A DNA stretch of 61,240 nucleotides, filler included. It is 9 parts of 9 records of this genome, joined end to end, with 100 filler letters (N's around TTAATTAATTAA, not from the genome) between each part and the next. Parts side by side here need not be neighbours in the genome. Positions count along the whole stretch, not along the records: positions 1 to 11,944 come from SRR31156797_95038; positions 12,045 to 17,981 come from SRR31156797_95584; positions 18,082 to 23,135 come from SRR31156797_95609; 6 more parts are not named here. One strand, 5' to 3'. Each line of letters opens with the position of its first letter. Position 1 is the stretch's first letter. Shown piece by piece: positions 9,189 to 19,653 of this stretch. A model generated the notes under the pieces. The model searched no databases. It was not told the DNA's origin and was given only the letters and a program-made list of their open reading frames with translations. Position numbers and translations under genes: made by a program.

Positions 9189-11330
9189 TTGCCAGTTTTC
9201 GAAACCCTTCGGATAGATCCCGGAAACCCGTTTCCGCTTGGTGCTACGTGGGACGGTCGCGGCGTCAATTTTGCCTTGTTTTCGGCGAATGCCGAAAAGG
9301 TCGAGCTTTGCCTTTTTGATGCTTCCGGACGTCGCGAAACGGCGCGCATCGTTTTGCCGCGTTATACCGACCAGGTTTGGCACGGATATTTGCCGGAATT
9401 GGAGCCGGGAACCCTATACGGATACCGCGTATTCGGCCCCTACGATCCGAAGCGTGGCCATCGTTTCAACCACCATAAGCTATTGGTCGACCCCTACGCC
9501 AAAGCCCTGCATGGGCATCTTTCGTGGCATTCGTCCAATTACGGTTACAGGGTCAGCAGTTCCCGCAAGGATTTATCCTTCGATCGGCGGAACAACGCCC
9601 GCCATGTACCGAAAACCGTGGTCGTGGTCGAAAAGGACGAAAGCGTCTTGGATCACCGGCCACAAATTCCGTGGCGGGAAACGGTCATTTACGAAGCCCA
9701 TATCGTCGGCATGACGGCCCAGCATCCGGATATTCCGGATCGCTTTCGCGGGACTTTGGTCGGGCTCAGTCATCCGTTGATCATCGATCATCTCAGCAAG
9801 TTGGGAATCACCACCATCGAGTTGCTGCCTCTGCATCCGTTCGCCGACGAGAAGCACTTGGTGAACAAGGGGCTGAGCAACTATTGGGGCTACAATTCGT
9901 ATTGCTTTTTTGCGACCGATCCACGCTACCTTTCGGACCGGACAATCCATGAGTTCCGCTCGATGGTTCGTCGGTTTCACGATGCCGGGATCGAGGTCAT
10001 CCTCGATGTTGTCTACAACCATTCGGGCGAAGGCGATCAGATGGGACCGACGCTTTCGTTCCGCGGCATCGACAACGCCAGCTATTATCGCCTTAATCCC
10101 GAACAGCCCCGCTACTACGTGAACGATACGGGGTGCGGAAACACCTTGAACATATCCCACCCACGGGTTCTTCAAATGGTGACCGATTCACTTCGTTATT
10201 GGGTCGACATCATGGGAGTGGACGGGTTCCGTTTCGATCTTGCCGCCACACTGACGCGAGACAACTCAGGTGAAGTGCGGGCGGATTCGGCATTTCTTTC
10301 GAGCGTTCTGCAGGACCCCATCCTATCCCGGGTGAAATTGATCGCCGAACCCTGGGATTTGGGTCCCGGCGGCTATCGCCTTGGCGCCTTTCCGCCCGGC
10401 TGGTCGGAATGGAACGATAAATTCCGCGATGCGACACGCGCTTTCTGGCGAGGGGATCCAGGAAAAATGGGGGAATTTGCCTCCGGCATGTCCGGATCCA
10501 GCGAAACATTCCGCCATTCCGGTCGCAAAACCTCGGCTACGATCAATTTCGTCACGGCGCATGACGGCTTCACCCTGCAGGATCTGGTCAGCTACAACCA
10601 GAAACACAATCATTCGAACCAGGAAGGCAACAAGGACGGAACGGACAACAATCTGTCCTGGAACTGCGGCTTCGAAGGCAGCACGTCGGATCCCAAAATC
10701 CTCGAGCTTAGGGCCCGCCAGAAGCGCAACATCCTGGCGACTCTGATGTTGGCCCAGGGGGTGCCGATGATATCCGGCGGCGATGAACTGGGGCGCACGC
10801 AGTTGGGCAACAACAACGCCTATTGCCAAAACAATCAGGTAAGCTGGTTGGACTGGAATGTCGAAGATGCGGACCGGCGCTCGTTCCTGGAATTCATCCG
10901 TACCGTCGTGACGATTCGCAAACAACATAAGGCGTTTCGCAGGTCCCGCTTTTTCGATCCGGGAAACGGCAAATTGGCCGGACAAAAATCGATAACCTGG
11001 CTCTCGCCGGAGGGGCGGGAGATGTTGGGGGCTGATTGGAACACGGCTTTCGCCCGGTCCTTCGGTTTTCATCTTCGAGACAGTGGTCGCTCGAAACCGG
11101 GACGCTATCGTTCCGATTCCGATAAGGAAGCGATCGAACAGTTCCTCGTGCTTCTCAATGCCGACAACAATGATATCTCGTTCGTACTTCCCGAATTTGC
11201 CGTTTCTCACCAATGGCGGATCATGTTCGACACCGCCGATTGGGACAATGAGAGTGCTGCCGCGGATAGATTGACATCGAAGGGCTATCGCCTGAGTGCC
11301 CATTCGATGGTTCTTCTTTGCTGCCTCTGA
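9189..11330 (+). CDS. glgX: Glycogen debranching enzyme
   Basis: PFPLGATWDGRGVNFALFS, NYWGYN, DVVYNH, VDGFRFDLA, IAEPWD, NFVTAHDGFTL, GNNNAYCQ; probable start TTG 9189 (the track's extension to 8844 overlaps glgB). Confidence 0.97.
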   Translation: MPVFETLRIDPGNPFPLGATWDGRGVNFALFSANAEKVELCLFDASGRRETARIVLPRYTDQVWHGYLPELEPGTLYGYRVFGPYDPKRGHRFNHHKLLVDPYAKALHGHLSWHSSNYGYRVSSSRKDLSFDRRNNARHVPKTVVVVEKDESVLDHRPQIPWRETVIYEAHIVGMTAQHPDIPDRFRGTLVGLSHPLIIDHLSKLGITTIELLPLHPFADEKHLVNKGLSNYWGYNSYCFFATDPRYLSDRTIHEFRSMVRRFHDAGIEVILDVVYNHSGEGDQMGPTLSFRGIDNASYYRLNPEQPRYYVNDTGCGNTLNISHPRVLQMVTDSLRYWVDIMGVDGFRFDLAATLTRDNSGEVRADSAFLSSVLQDPILSRVKLIAEPWDLGPGGYRLGAFPPGWSEWNDKFRDATRAFWRGDPGKMGEFASGMSGSSETFRHSGRKTSATINFVTAHDGFTLQDLVSYNQKHNHSNQEGNKDGTDNNLSWNCGFEGSTSDPKILELRARQKRNILATLMLAQGVPMISGGDELGRTQLGNNNAYCQNNQVSWLDWNVEDADRRSFLEFIRTVVTIRKQHKAFRRSRFFDPGNGKLAGQKSITWLSPEGREMLGADWNTAFARSFGFHLRDSGRSKPGRYRSDSDKEAIEQFLVLLNADNNDISFVLPEFAVSHQWRIMFDTADWDNESAAADRLTSKGYRLSAHSMVLLCCL

Positions 11331-11341
11331 AGGAGGCGGTT

Positions 11342-11944
11342 ATGGCAAGCGATAAAGCCTTCGACGAACTGGCGGAAATGGCCGGAATCGAACCCGATTT
11401 CTGGTCCTTCACCGGCAAGCAATACGTCGTTTCGGATCGATCCAAGGCCGAAATCCTGAAGGCGATGGGGTTCCCCGCCGATACGCCCGATACGGCACGA
11501 GACAGCCTGCACCGCTTTACCGCACAGTTCTGGCGCCGTCCCGTCGGTCCGGTTCACGTTTATCGGGGCGCACGGACGGGTTTCACGGTTCCCGTCAATG
11601 TCCCGGTCGACCGTCGTTCGCGGCCGTTTGCTTGGCGCCTTGAGGTTGACGGCGGCCCATGCCTGACAGGCGAAGCCATCCCCGACGATTTGTTCCAATC
11701 GGGTGCAATGCATCTGGACGGTGCGGACCTTGAACGGCGGAACCTGGTCATATCGCAGGATTTGTCGATGGGGTATCACCGGTTGACCGTCGAGATCGGC
11801 GATGGGGCCTCGGCCGAAACGACGATGATTGCCGCACCCGAAAACGCCTACGTTCCGGCCTGGCTCGATGACGGCGACAGAAGATGGGGACTTGCCTGTT
11901 TCCTGCCCGGCCTGCGGTCGGCGGCGAACTGGGGGATCGGCGAT
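11342..11944 (+). CDS. malQ: 4-alpha-glucanotransferase, N-terminal part, truncated by contig end
   Basis: AAGGAGG RBS; LAEMAGIE N-terminus, GYHRL, RRWGL..LRSAANWGIGD; follows glgB-glgX. Confidence 0.9.
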
Positions 11945-12044
11945 NNNNNNNNNNNNNNNNNNNNNNNNNNNNNNNNNNNNNNNNNNNNTTAATTAATTAA
12001 NNNNNNNNNNNNNNNNNNNNNNNNNNNNNNNNNNNNNNNNNNNN
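11945..12044. other. Artificial contig spacer
   Basis: 44 N + TTAATTAATTAA (stops in all six frames) + 44 N. Confidence 0.99.
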
Positions 12045-12713
12045 GTTAAGATAGATTGCTGCGTGGTGGTATTTAATAATATTTTCCACATAGATGTCGT
12101 AAATGCCGTTCATTTTCAAAAAAAGCGTTCCGTACCCCCCGGCATGTTTTTGTATTTGTCTGAGTTCCGCCCGGTTCAATACGCTTTTTTTGTTCAACAG
12201 GGAGTCAGGGACCATTATTTTGCCCATATCGTGGATGAGATAACCCATGGAGATGGTGCGCACGGCTTCGGGGGGGTAGTAAAAAAACGGCGCCATCTCT
12301 TCCTGCCGATAGTGTTTCAGATTTTCTTTAAATCTGGCAGTGAGCATATTCTTGATGTGCCGGGAAAAAATTTCGTTGAAGCGCTTCAATACAATGGTTC
12401 CGATATAGCAGACACCAAAAGAGTGTTGAAAAAGATAGTCGTCGGTGGAAAAATAGTCTTTTGTGCTGTTTAGAATCAACCGGTCTGTATCAACGAGCAT
12501 CTCCATGATTTCGTCTATGGCATGAACGCTTTCTTTAATATTGATTTTGTCTGCCGCCTCGCCGTCTTTTTCCCCCTGGGAGTCTATATTAAATAGTCGC
12601 TTTTGACTTTTAACCAGATTGCTGAATAGTTGTTTGGCTCGTTTGTATTTTTCCAGGAAATCTATTTTTGCCTGGGTCATCTCCAGCATCTTCTGCTCAG
12701 CATCAACGGACAT
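12045..12713 (-). CDS. HD-GYP-type HD-domain phosphohydrolase, 3'-truncated
   Basis: YLFQHSFGV, GYLIHDMGKIMVPDSLLNK, IQKH, IIKYHH. Confidence 0.85.
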
Positions 12714-12982
12714 TATTCAACCCCCTCCCTTTGAATTGGAAAATACGATGAATGAGTAAGTATATTTTATATCCGCTTTTAGCTGATTAGAGCAAGCGTT
12801 GAATCTAAATATTCCATACTGATTGCATAAAAAGGGATTGGGATGTGTATTCTCAGTCCCAAAGACCGTGGAATTCCGGGCTGACCGGGTTTCTCACCGC
12901 GGTTCAGCCCACAACAAAAGTCAAAAGATTCGTATAGGTTAGCCATATCTTCTGATAAAAACCAGTTATATAAATGAAGATA

Positions 12983-15121
12983 TTAAAACCGGTAGCGTAA
13001 CCCGACGCCAACAGTCAGCGGCTGCCCAAAACCTGCCATCGCCATTGTTGAACTAGATATAAAATCAGTAATATACGCTTCATCTGTCAGGTTTTTCCCA
13101 TACACATAGAAATCCCAGCCATCGGTTTGATAGCCTATCTTTGCATCAAAAACAGCATGTGCATCTTCCTGGACAAAGGTTTTATTGGCATCATCATAAA
13201 AAGAGGTCTCGCCTTTTGCCCTCATGTCAACACGCCCATACAGTCCACTGGGATGTCTATAACTGACACCCGCCGTCGCCGTGTATGAAGGGGTATTCTC
13301 TATATCCTGTCCATCAAAAGATATGCCGTCCCCGGCGTCATAGGTATCGTATTCCGCCTCTATAAAACCTATTGAGCCCGTCAGTTCAATGGTGTCGGTG
13401 AGTTGATAGGCCACCTCAAATTCAACGCCCTGGGAATGGCCACTGTCGGCATTATCCGTATAATAATTGACGCCATACGCCTTGTAGACATGGATATCCT
13501 CAATATCCATGTAAAACAAGGTGGCCGCTATCCTCAATTGATTCACATTTCCCTTTATCCCTATTTCGTAATTTGTTGATTTCTGGGGTTCAAAGGAATT
13601 GTCTTCGGTTGAGCCGGAAGATGCAAAGTAGTTAAACCCGCCTGGCATATATCCCTGGGAATACGAAACATAGGTATTCCAGTTGTCGCTTAGGCCATAA
13701 CTGAGCGCTGCCTTGGGCAAAAACACATCCCAGTCTTTTTTTTCGGAAAAGGAAAAAAAGGGTGCCCCGGTGGTTCCCATCGGCAGAGAATACATATTCA
13801 GATCAATCTCTTTGTCAATGTGCTGATACCGGCCGCCCAGGGTCAGTTCAAATCGCTCCCCTATGGGTACCATTGCCTGACCAAATGCGGCATAGGTGGT
13901 ATTGTCGGAATCAGATTCGGCATTATAATCAAAATTCCCATAAAACGTCCCTGAACTGTCATAATAAGGATATTGCATACCATAAGGGCCTTGTTCATGA
14001 TCTTCTGAATCCAGGTAAAGACCGCTTACCCAGCGGATGCCGCTCTTATTGTTACTTGATATACGCAGTTCCTGGGTGTAAGACTCCGTTTCACTATAGT
14101 TAAACTGTTTCAAGCCGTCGTAAAGGGTGTCGGCCTGGTAATCCGCGTCGTAATCTCCCTCAATGTCCTGTTTTTTGTGCGTGGTGGTCGAGGTAAAGGT
14201 TATTGAATCAAATTCATAACTTAAATACAAACTTTGGGAAAAACAATCAATACCGACTTCCGTGGGCACATCAAAGGCGGATTTCTCGGCATCATCCCTG
14301 TTAAAATCATTGAAATCCCATCCGCCAGGCAATGCATAACCATTGGTCCATGAATCATTTTGATTGTCCATGGAAAGCGTCAACCTTGCAGTAAACCTGT
14401 CTGTCGGGGTGTATAAAAGGTAGCCGCTCAATTGCTGCTGATCGGATTCATTCCCGTCGGAATCCAGCCCGGGATAAGTGTTCTCGATCCACCCGTCATC
14501 CTGCTCATATTTACCGTTTATTCCCATAAACAGCTTGTTATTAATAACTGACCCATTGAGGTTAAAAATACCCTGCATGTAGTTGTCTGTGCCGTATTCG
14601 GCCCCAACCATGCCATGCCATCTGTTTTCCGGCTCTTTGGTCACGATATTAATAACCCCGCCAATGGCGTCTTTGCCGTAGAGTGTTCCCTGGGGGCCGC
14701 GCAACACTTCAATGCGCTTCACATTGGCCAAGGAGGCATCAAAACCATATCGGCTTATAATGGGAACCCCGTCAATATAAATGACCACCGGATTTTTATT
14801 GGTGAACATGGAAGGGTTCAGTCCCCGGAAACTTACCGCGTTTCCATGGACGCCTTCCTCGGCAGCCATGTTAGGTATTTCCCTGATCAGATCAGGGATA
14901 TCGGTAATTCCCTTTTCCTCCAGAATGATTTCATCCATGACGGTGATGCTCTGGGGGACTTTTTGGAGATTCTCCTCTATTTTATTGGCGGTAACTATAA
15001 TATTTTCCATTTTTGTTGCCGCCTTATCTTCCGCATCCTCGGCCCACAATGGGGCTGCAGGTAAGAGCAGGCCGCAACACAAGCAGCAGGACAACAGCAG
15101 CAGGACTTTTTTTCGATACAT
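12983..15121 (-). CDS. TonB-dependent outer-membrane receptor
   Basis: Signal peptide, TonB-box-like ENIIVTANK, plug motif RIEVLRGPQGTLYGKDAIGGVINIVT, KNLTDE, terminal RYRF. Confidence 0.96.
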   Translation of the reverse strand: MYRKKVLLLLSCCLCCGLLLPAAPLWAEDAEDKAATKMENIIVTANKIEENLQKVPQSITVMDEIILEEKGITDIPDLIREIPNMAAEEGVHGNAVSFRGLNPSMFTNKNPVVIYIDGVPIISRYGFDASLANVKRIEVLRGPQGTLYGKDAIGGVINIVTKEPENRWHGMVGAEYGTDNYMQGIFNLNGSVINNKLFMGINGKYEQDDGWIENTYPGLDSDGNESDQQQLSGYLLYTPTDRFTARLTLSMDNQNDSWTNGYALPGGWDFNDFNRDDAEKSAFDVPTEVGIDCFSQSLYLSYEFDSITFTSTTTHKKQDIEGDYDADYQADTLYDGLKQFNYSETESYTQELRISSNNKSGIRWVSGLYLDSEDHEQGPYGMQYPYYDSSGTFYGNFDYNAESDSDNTTYAAFGQAMVPIGERFELTLGGRYQHIDKEIDLNMYSLPMGTTGAPFFSFSEKKDWDVFLPKAALSYGLSDNWNTYVSYSQGYMPGGFNYFASSGSTEDNSFEPQKSTNYEIGIKGNVNQLRIAATLFYMDIEDIHVYKAYGVNYYTDNADSGHSQGVEFEVAYQLTDTIELTGSIGFIEAEYDTYDAGDGISFDGQDIENTPSYTATAGVSYRHPSGLYGRVDMRAKGETSFYDDANKTFVQEDAHAVFDAKIGYQTDGWDFYVYGKNLTDEAYITDFISSSTMAMAGFGQPLTVGVGLRYRF

Positions 15122-15158
15122 CTTCGACTCCTTTTAAAATTTATAGGCCATGATGAAA

Positions 15159-15174
15159 GTTAGAGAGGCCTAAC
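15159..15174. promoter_or_regulatory. Palindromic operator-like site GTTAG-N6-CTAAC
   Basis: GTTAGAGAGGCCTAAC ~40 nt upstream of the TonB receptor start; resembles DtxR/MntR-family boxes. Confidence 0.35.
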
Positions 15175-15195
15175 ACGACTCGGCGGAAATTTCTA

Positions 15196-15228
15196 CCCGG
15201 ATCGGGAGCATTTATGCCCGGATCGGGA
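15196..15228. promoter_or_regulatory. 12-bp direct repeat with 21-bp period (AraC-type activator site candidate)
   Basis: CCCGGATCGGGA at 15196-15207 and 15217-15228. Confidence 0.55.
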
Positions 15229-15404
15229 ATAAATTGGGGGTACCGAAGAAATAAATCCTACAGATGCGGTGCCGTTGTTGGGCGTGTCGAAACGCCCGCG
15301 CTTCCGAATACAGAAAAATGGGCAAGTTATTTAAGACTCGTTTCTGAAAAGGGGACAGGATCTGTATGTAGAATCCTTAAAACCGTCATTCAATGCAAAA
15401 TAAT

Positions 15405-16853
15405 TTATTCAGGGTCAATACCGCACAGTTTTTTGGCCACGTTTTTCTTGGCTTCCATATTGGCTTGGCGGGCAATCATGATACGTTGGGCCTGGGGAGA
15501 GCCTGCCCCGTGCATTGATTCGGTGAGATACCCCACCGCCGCTGTTCCCAGTGTCAGGTTTTCAATGAGGCGCAAAATTTTCATCCGGTCTTCGGTGGGT
15601 ACATCGGCATTGCCTTTAAAATATTTTTCGATCAAAGGCCCCACCTCTTTGGAACGAAGATCCGCCTCGGAGGGCAGCGTTACCATAAGTCCCCCTGCAA
15701 TATCCTGGGCAAGGCGTGCAATTTCATAGGGAAACCGGGTGACGTTTTGTTTGCAGACGTTGGCCAGCAGGGTATCCACAAGATAAGTGCCCGAGGGTTC
15801 TTTGTGGCCCTGGGCAGCACAGGCCAGGGACCCGCAGAACAGGGTTTCGTTGAGATGGTTCATCTCAATGATTTTATCCTTGATGTGGGAGGCTTTCTGG
15901 ACACCGTTGTACTCGGCAATCACCTGGGCCGCACCAATGAGCACATCGCCCACCCCGGCTTTACAGGCGTAGCTCTGGCGATGGTAAGAGGCAAACTGTT
16001 CCACCAATTGCCCTGCAAATTCATATTCACGGCACATGAACACCCGCTCCCAAGGGACAAATACATTGTCGAATACGACCAAGGCTTCATGGCCGCCGTA
16101 AATTCGGTTGCCGCGGTCCAGCTGGCCTGATTCCAGCTTTCTTGCATCACAGGACTGGCGACCCATAATATAGGTGATTCCTTCGGCGTCACTGGGCAGG
16201 GCAAAGGAGATGGCATAGTCCGCATCTTGCTCCCGCATGGAGATGGTGGGCATGACAATGATCTCGTGGGAGTTTACCGCTCCTGTCTGGTGGGCTTTGG
16301 CGCCCCGGACAATAATACCGTCCGGGGTTTGATCCACCACGTGCATGAACATATCAGGATCTGTCTGTTTGTGGGGCGGCAGAGATCGGTCTCCCTTAGG
16401 ATCGGTCATGGCGCCGTCACAGGTGAGATCGTTCTCCTGGACATAGCCCAGATATTTGTTAAACCGTTCATAATATTCAGTGTCATATTTGGCATCAATA
16501 TCATAGGTCGTCATGGACAGCGCATTGATGGCATCCATACCCACACAGCGCTGGAAACAGCATCCGGTCAGGGATCCCATCAGTCGGCCCATTTGGGTCT
16601 TTTTTACAAGATCTTCGGTGTTCTGGTGAATATGGCAGAATCGGTTAATGGTTTTTCCGGTCAGATGGGATGTAGCGGTTAAAAGATCTTCATACTCGGG
16701 CATTAAGGAGAATTCGTAAGTCGCGGCCACAGCATTCATGGAGGGCTTTATGATTGGATCGTCCACCACGTTTTTAATTTTTTTCCCAAACATATAAACG
16801 TTCAGGTTCAATTTTCTCAGACTCTCTTCGTACTGCTTTGCATTCATTCTCAT
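15405..16853 (-). CDS. abfD: 4-hydroxybutyryl-CoA dehydratase / vinylacetyl-CoA isomerase
   Basis: CFQRCVG and HRQSYACK Fe-S ligand motifs, GAMTDPKGDRS, GAKAHQTG, ESMHGAGSPQAQR. Confidence 0.92.
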   Translation of the reverse strand: MRMNAKQYEESLRKLNLNVYMFGKKIKNVVDDPIIKPSMNAVAATYEFSLMPEYEDLLTATSHLTGKTINRFCHIHQNTEDLVKKTQMGRLMGSLTGCCFQRCVGMDAINALSMTTYDIDAKYDTEYYERFNKYLGYVQENDLTCDGAMTDPKGDRSLPPHKQTDPDMFMHVVDQTPDGIIVRGAKAHQTGAVNSHEIIVMPTISMREQDADYAISFALPSDAEGITYIMGRQSCDARKLESGQLDRGNRIYGGHEALVVFDNVFVPWERVFMCREYEFAGQLVEQFASYHRQSYACKAGVGDVLIGAAQVIAEYNGVQKASHIKDKIIEMNHLNETLFCGSLACAAQGHKEPSGTYLVDTLLANVCKQNVTRFPYEIARLAQDIAGGLMVTLPSEADLRSKEVGPLIEKYFKGNADVPTEDRMKILRLIENLTLGTAAVGYLTESMHGAGSPQAQRIMIARQANMEAKKNVAKKLCGIDPE

Positions 16854-17063
16854 GATTGTGCCCTTTCTGCTGATTCATGGTTTTGCGCAAATAACACTAT
16901 GCTTATTTTCAGTTCCGGGTTGGAAAGTTTATTTTATTATTTAACGTAAAATGTGACCAGAAGGAAAGTTGGCAATATAGAATGTCGATGCCAAAATGCA
17001 TCAATGTGGATATGGTAAGGGAAGATGTCATGCCTTTAAAGCCGTACTCAGGAAATGTACTTT

Positions 17064-17342
17064 TTAGGAAAGGGCATTATCTAAAGCGATGTTTATCTGC
17101 CCTTGGATTTTGCTTTTCATGGCTTTGGCAAGTAGGCCCAGGGTGATTTGAACGTTGATTGCGCTGTCGGTTAATTCAACCACACCTTTTTTTAACCCGG
17201 TTCCGGAAAGGGTGGCCGTGTTGTCAGTCCATGCGCTTTTAATGCCGTATTGGGAGTGAAGCTCATTCGCCGTTTTTTCAAGACGCTCTCGGGCGTCACT
17301 TATGTCTAAACTGTGGGATTTGCTAATATTAATATCTGCCAT
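17064..17342 (-). CDS. Polyhydroxyalkanoic acid system (PHA granule-region) family small protein
   Basis: MADINISKSHSL..AR..E...YG...W, G.G..G, LGLL...K.KI pattern; 92 aa. Confidence 0.75.
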   Translation of the reverse strand: MADINISKSHSLDISDARERLEKTANELHSQYGIKSAWTDNTATLSGTGLKKGVVELTDSAINVQITLGLLAKAMKSKIQGQINIALDNALS

Positions 17343-17359
17343 TTCATGCCTCGTTTTCT

Positions 17360-17981
17360 TTATTTTATGGTCTGGTAAAACATACCTCTCTCCTGCTGTA
17401 AAGATTCAATTTTATTTTCCAGGATGAGGCGTTTCATTAAAATTTCAAGTTTGCCTTTTTCAAGGTTCAACGCCGCCGTCAGATCATCTACGGTGCAGGG
17501 ACGGCGGTGAATGGTTTCCATAACCATGGCTTCGATCTTCTCGTCGCTGATTTGAGCCTCTGATGATAGGTCCTTTACACGGGCAACGATCTCCACATTG
17601 GCCGCATTGATAATTTTGGCCACCCGGTCAAGGTCCTGTTTTGAAGCGGGCTTAAGCCCTGCTACAGTCCCGGGCCGGTCCAGGGTGTTGAGCTGAACCC
17701 GGGCAGGGTTAATGTCCCGGATGATTTTTCCTAAAGCTTCAAGTTCGTCTTCAGTATCGTTGATCCCTGGCAGGATAAAGACCTCCAGCCAAAGTTCTCC
17801 CTGGAAAGACCCGGCAAACGTTTTGAGTCCGTCAATAACCTTATGGATATCAATTTGTTCGACAGGCCGGTTGATTTTTTTAAAGGTTTCAGGCGTTACG
17901 GCATCCAGGGAGGGCATGACCAGATCGGCCCTGTTTAGATCCTTTCTGACCACGGGGTCGGACAGCAAGGTGGCATTGGTC
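17360..17981 (-). CDS. Radical SAM protein (TYW1-related family), 5'-truncated
   Basis: TNATLL..ADLVMPSLDA..FKKINRP, LWLEVFILPGINDT, VQLNTLDRP, RRPCT; CxxxCxxC lies beyond the contig end. Confidence 0.78.
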
Positions 17982-18081
17982 NNNNNNNNNNNNNNNNNNN
18001 NNNNNNNNNNNNNNNNNNNNNNNNNTTAATTAATTAANNNNNNNNNNNNNNNNNNNNNNNNNNNNNNNNNNNNNNNNNNNN
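17982..18081. other. Artificial contig spacer
   Basis: N44-TTAATTAATTAA-N44. Confidence 0.99.
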
Positions 18082-19649
18082 GCGAGGCGGCCGCCTTCGT
18101 GCGCCTGTCGGCCGGCGAGGTGACCTGCCCCGGTGACGGCATCGACATCCTGATCGCCTTCGACTGGGCCAGCACCGAACGGTTCGCCGCCGAAATCGTA
18201 CTCGATCACGGCAGCTTGGTTCTACGCGATCCGAGCCTCGGCGACACGCCGCCGATGGTGTCGAAATCGGGCGCCCGGGTAATCGACTTCCCGATCCAGG
18301 ACATGCTTGCCGACATCCCGAAGGGCCGTGCCAACATGGTCGGCCTCGGCGTTGTCGCCGGATTGGCCGGCGTCAAACGGCAGACCGTTCTCGACGTGCT
18401 CGAGAAGGCCTTGAAACGCAAGGGCGAGGAGGCGCTCAAGGCGAGCGCCGCCGGCATCGACGCCGGTTTCGACGCCAGCGCCGAGATGCCGCTTACGTAC
18501 CGCCTGGCCGAACCGTCGGTGCGCGGCGACAACTGGAACATCAGCGGCAACGAGGCGATCGGCCTCGGGGCGCTGCGCGCCGGCATCCGCTTCGTCGCCG
18601 CCTATCCGATCACGCCGGCGACCGAGATTCTCGAATGGCTGGCGCCGAACCTGGAACATCTCGGCGGCGAACTGATCCAGGCCGAGGACGAACTGGCCTC
18701 GGTCAATATGCTGATCGGCGGATCCTTCGGCGGCATCCCGACGATGACCGCGACCTCGGGTCCGGGACTGGCGCTGATGACCGAAGCGATCGGCCTGTCG
18801 GTGGCATCGGAAACCCCCATTGTCGTCGTCAACGTACAGCGCGGCGGCCCGTCGACCGGCATTCCGACCAAGTCCGAGCAAAGCGATCTGAACATCGCGC
18901 TTTACGGCCTGCATGGGGACGCGCCGCATCTGGTGACGGCGACCAATTCGGTTTCCGACTGCGTTTTCACGGCCCAATGGAGCGTCCATCTGGCCGAGGC
19001 CCTGCAATGCCCGGCGATCGTGCTGACCGACCAGTTGCTGGGACAGACCCGGGCCGTGATTGCTGCCCCCGGCGAATATCCCTTCGTCGCCAAGCGCGAG
19101 GTGGCGGCGGCAGGGCTGGAAAATTATCAACGCTATGCGGTGACCGAATCGGGCGTATCGCCGATGGCGATTCCCGGCACGCCGGGCGGCGAATACGTTG
19201 CCGACGGGCTTGAGCACATGCCGTCGGGACGGCCGTCGAGCCAGGCCGAGGATCATTCGGCGCAGCTCGACAAACGGCTGCGAAAGCTGCGGTCGTTCGA
19301 TTTCGGCGATGCCTGGGCCGACATCGAAGGCGAAGGCGACACCGCCATCATCACCTGGGGGTCGTGCACCGGCCCGGCTAGGGAAGCCCGCAAACGGGCC
19401 GAAGCCGAAGGCCACAAGGTGCGGGTCATTTCGATCCGCCTGATCGCGCCGGTCCAGACCGAAAAATTCGACGCCGCGATGAAAGGTGTCACGCGCGCCG
19501 TGATCGTCGAACAAAGCCATAGCCGGCAGTTCTATCGGTATATCAGGGCGCATTACGACCTGCCCGGCGATGTGGCCGTTTTCAGCCGCCCGGGTCCGTT
19601 GCCGATACGCCCCGCCGACGTCTGCGAAACGCTTGGGGCCGGGAGTTAG
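18082..19649 (+). CDS. 2-oxoacid:acceptor oxidoreductase alpha subunit, 5'-truncated
   Basis: SGNEAIGLGA, AAYPITPATEI, QAEDELAS, TATSGPGLALM, QRGGPSTGIPTKSEQSD. Confidence 0.95.
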
Positions 19650-19653
19650 GACG

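Noticed and set aside
16969-16994. TTGGCA-N14-TGCCAA upstream of abfD as a sigma54 promoter or operator
   Set aside because: The -12 TTGC element is not at the correct spacing, and a 6-bp palindrome alone is weak evidence.
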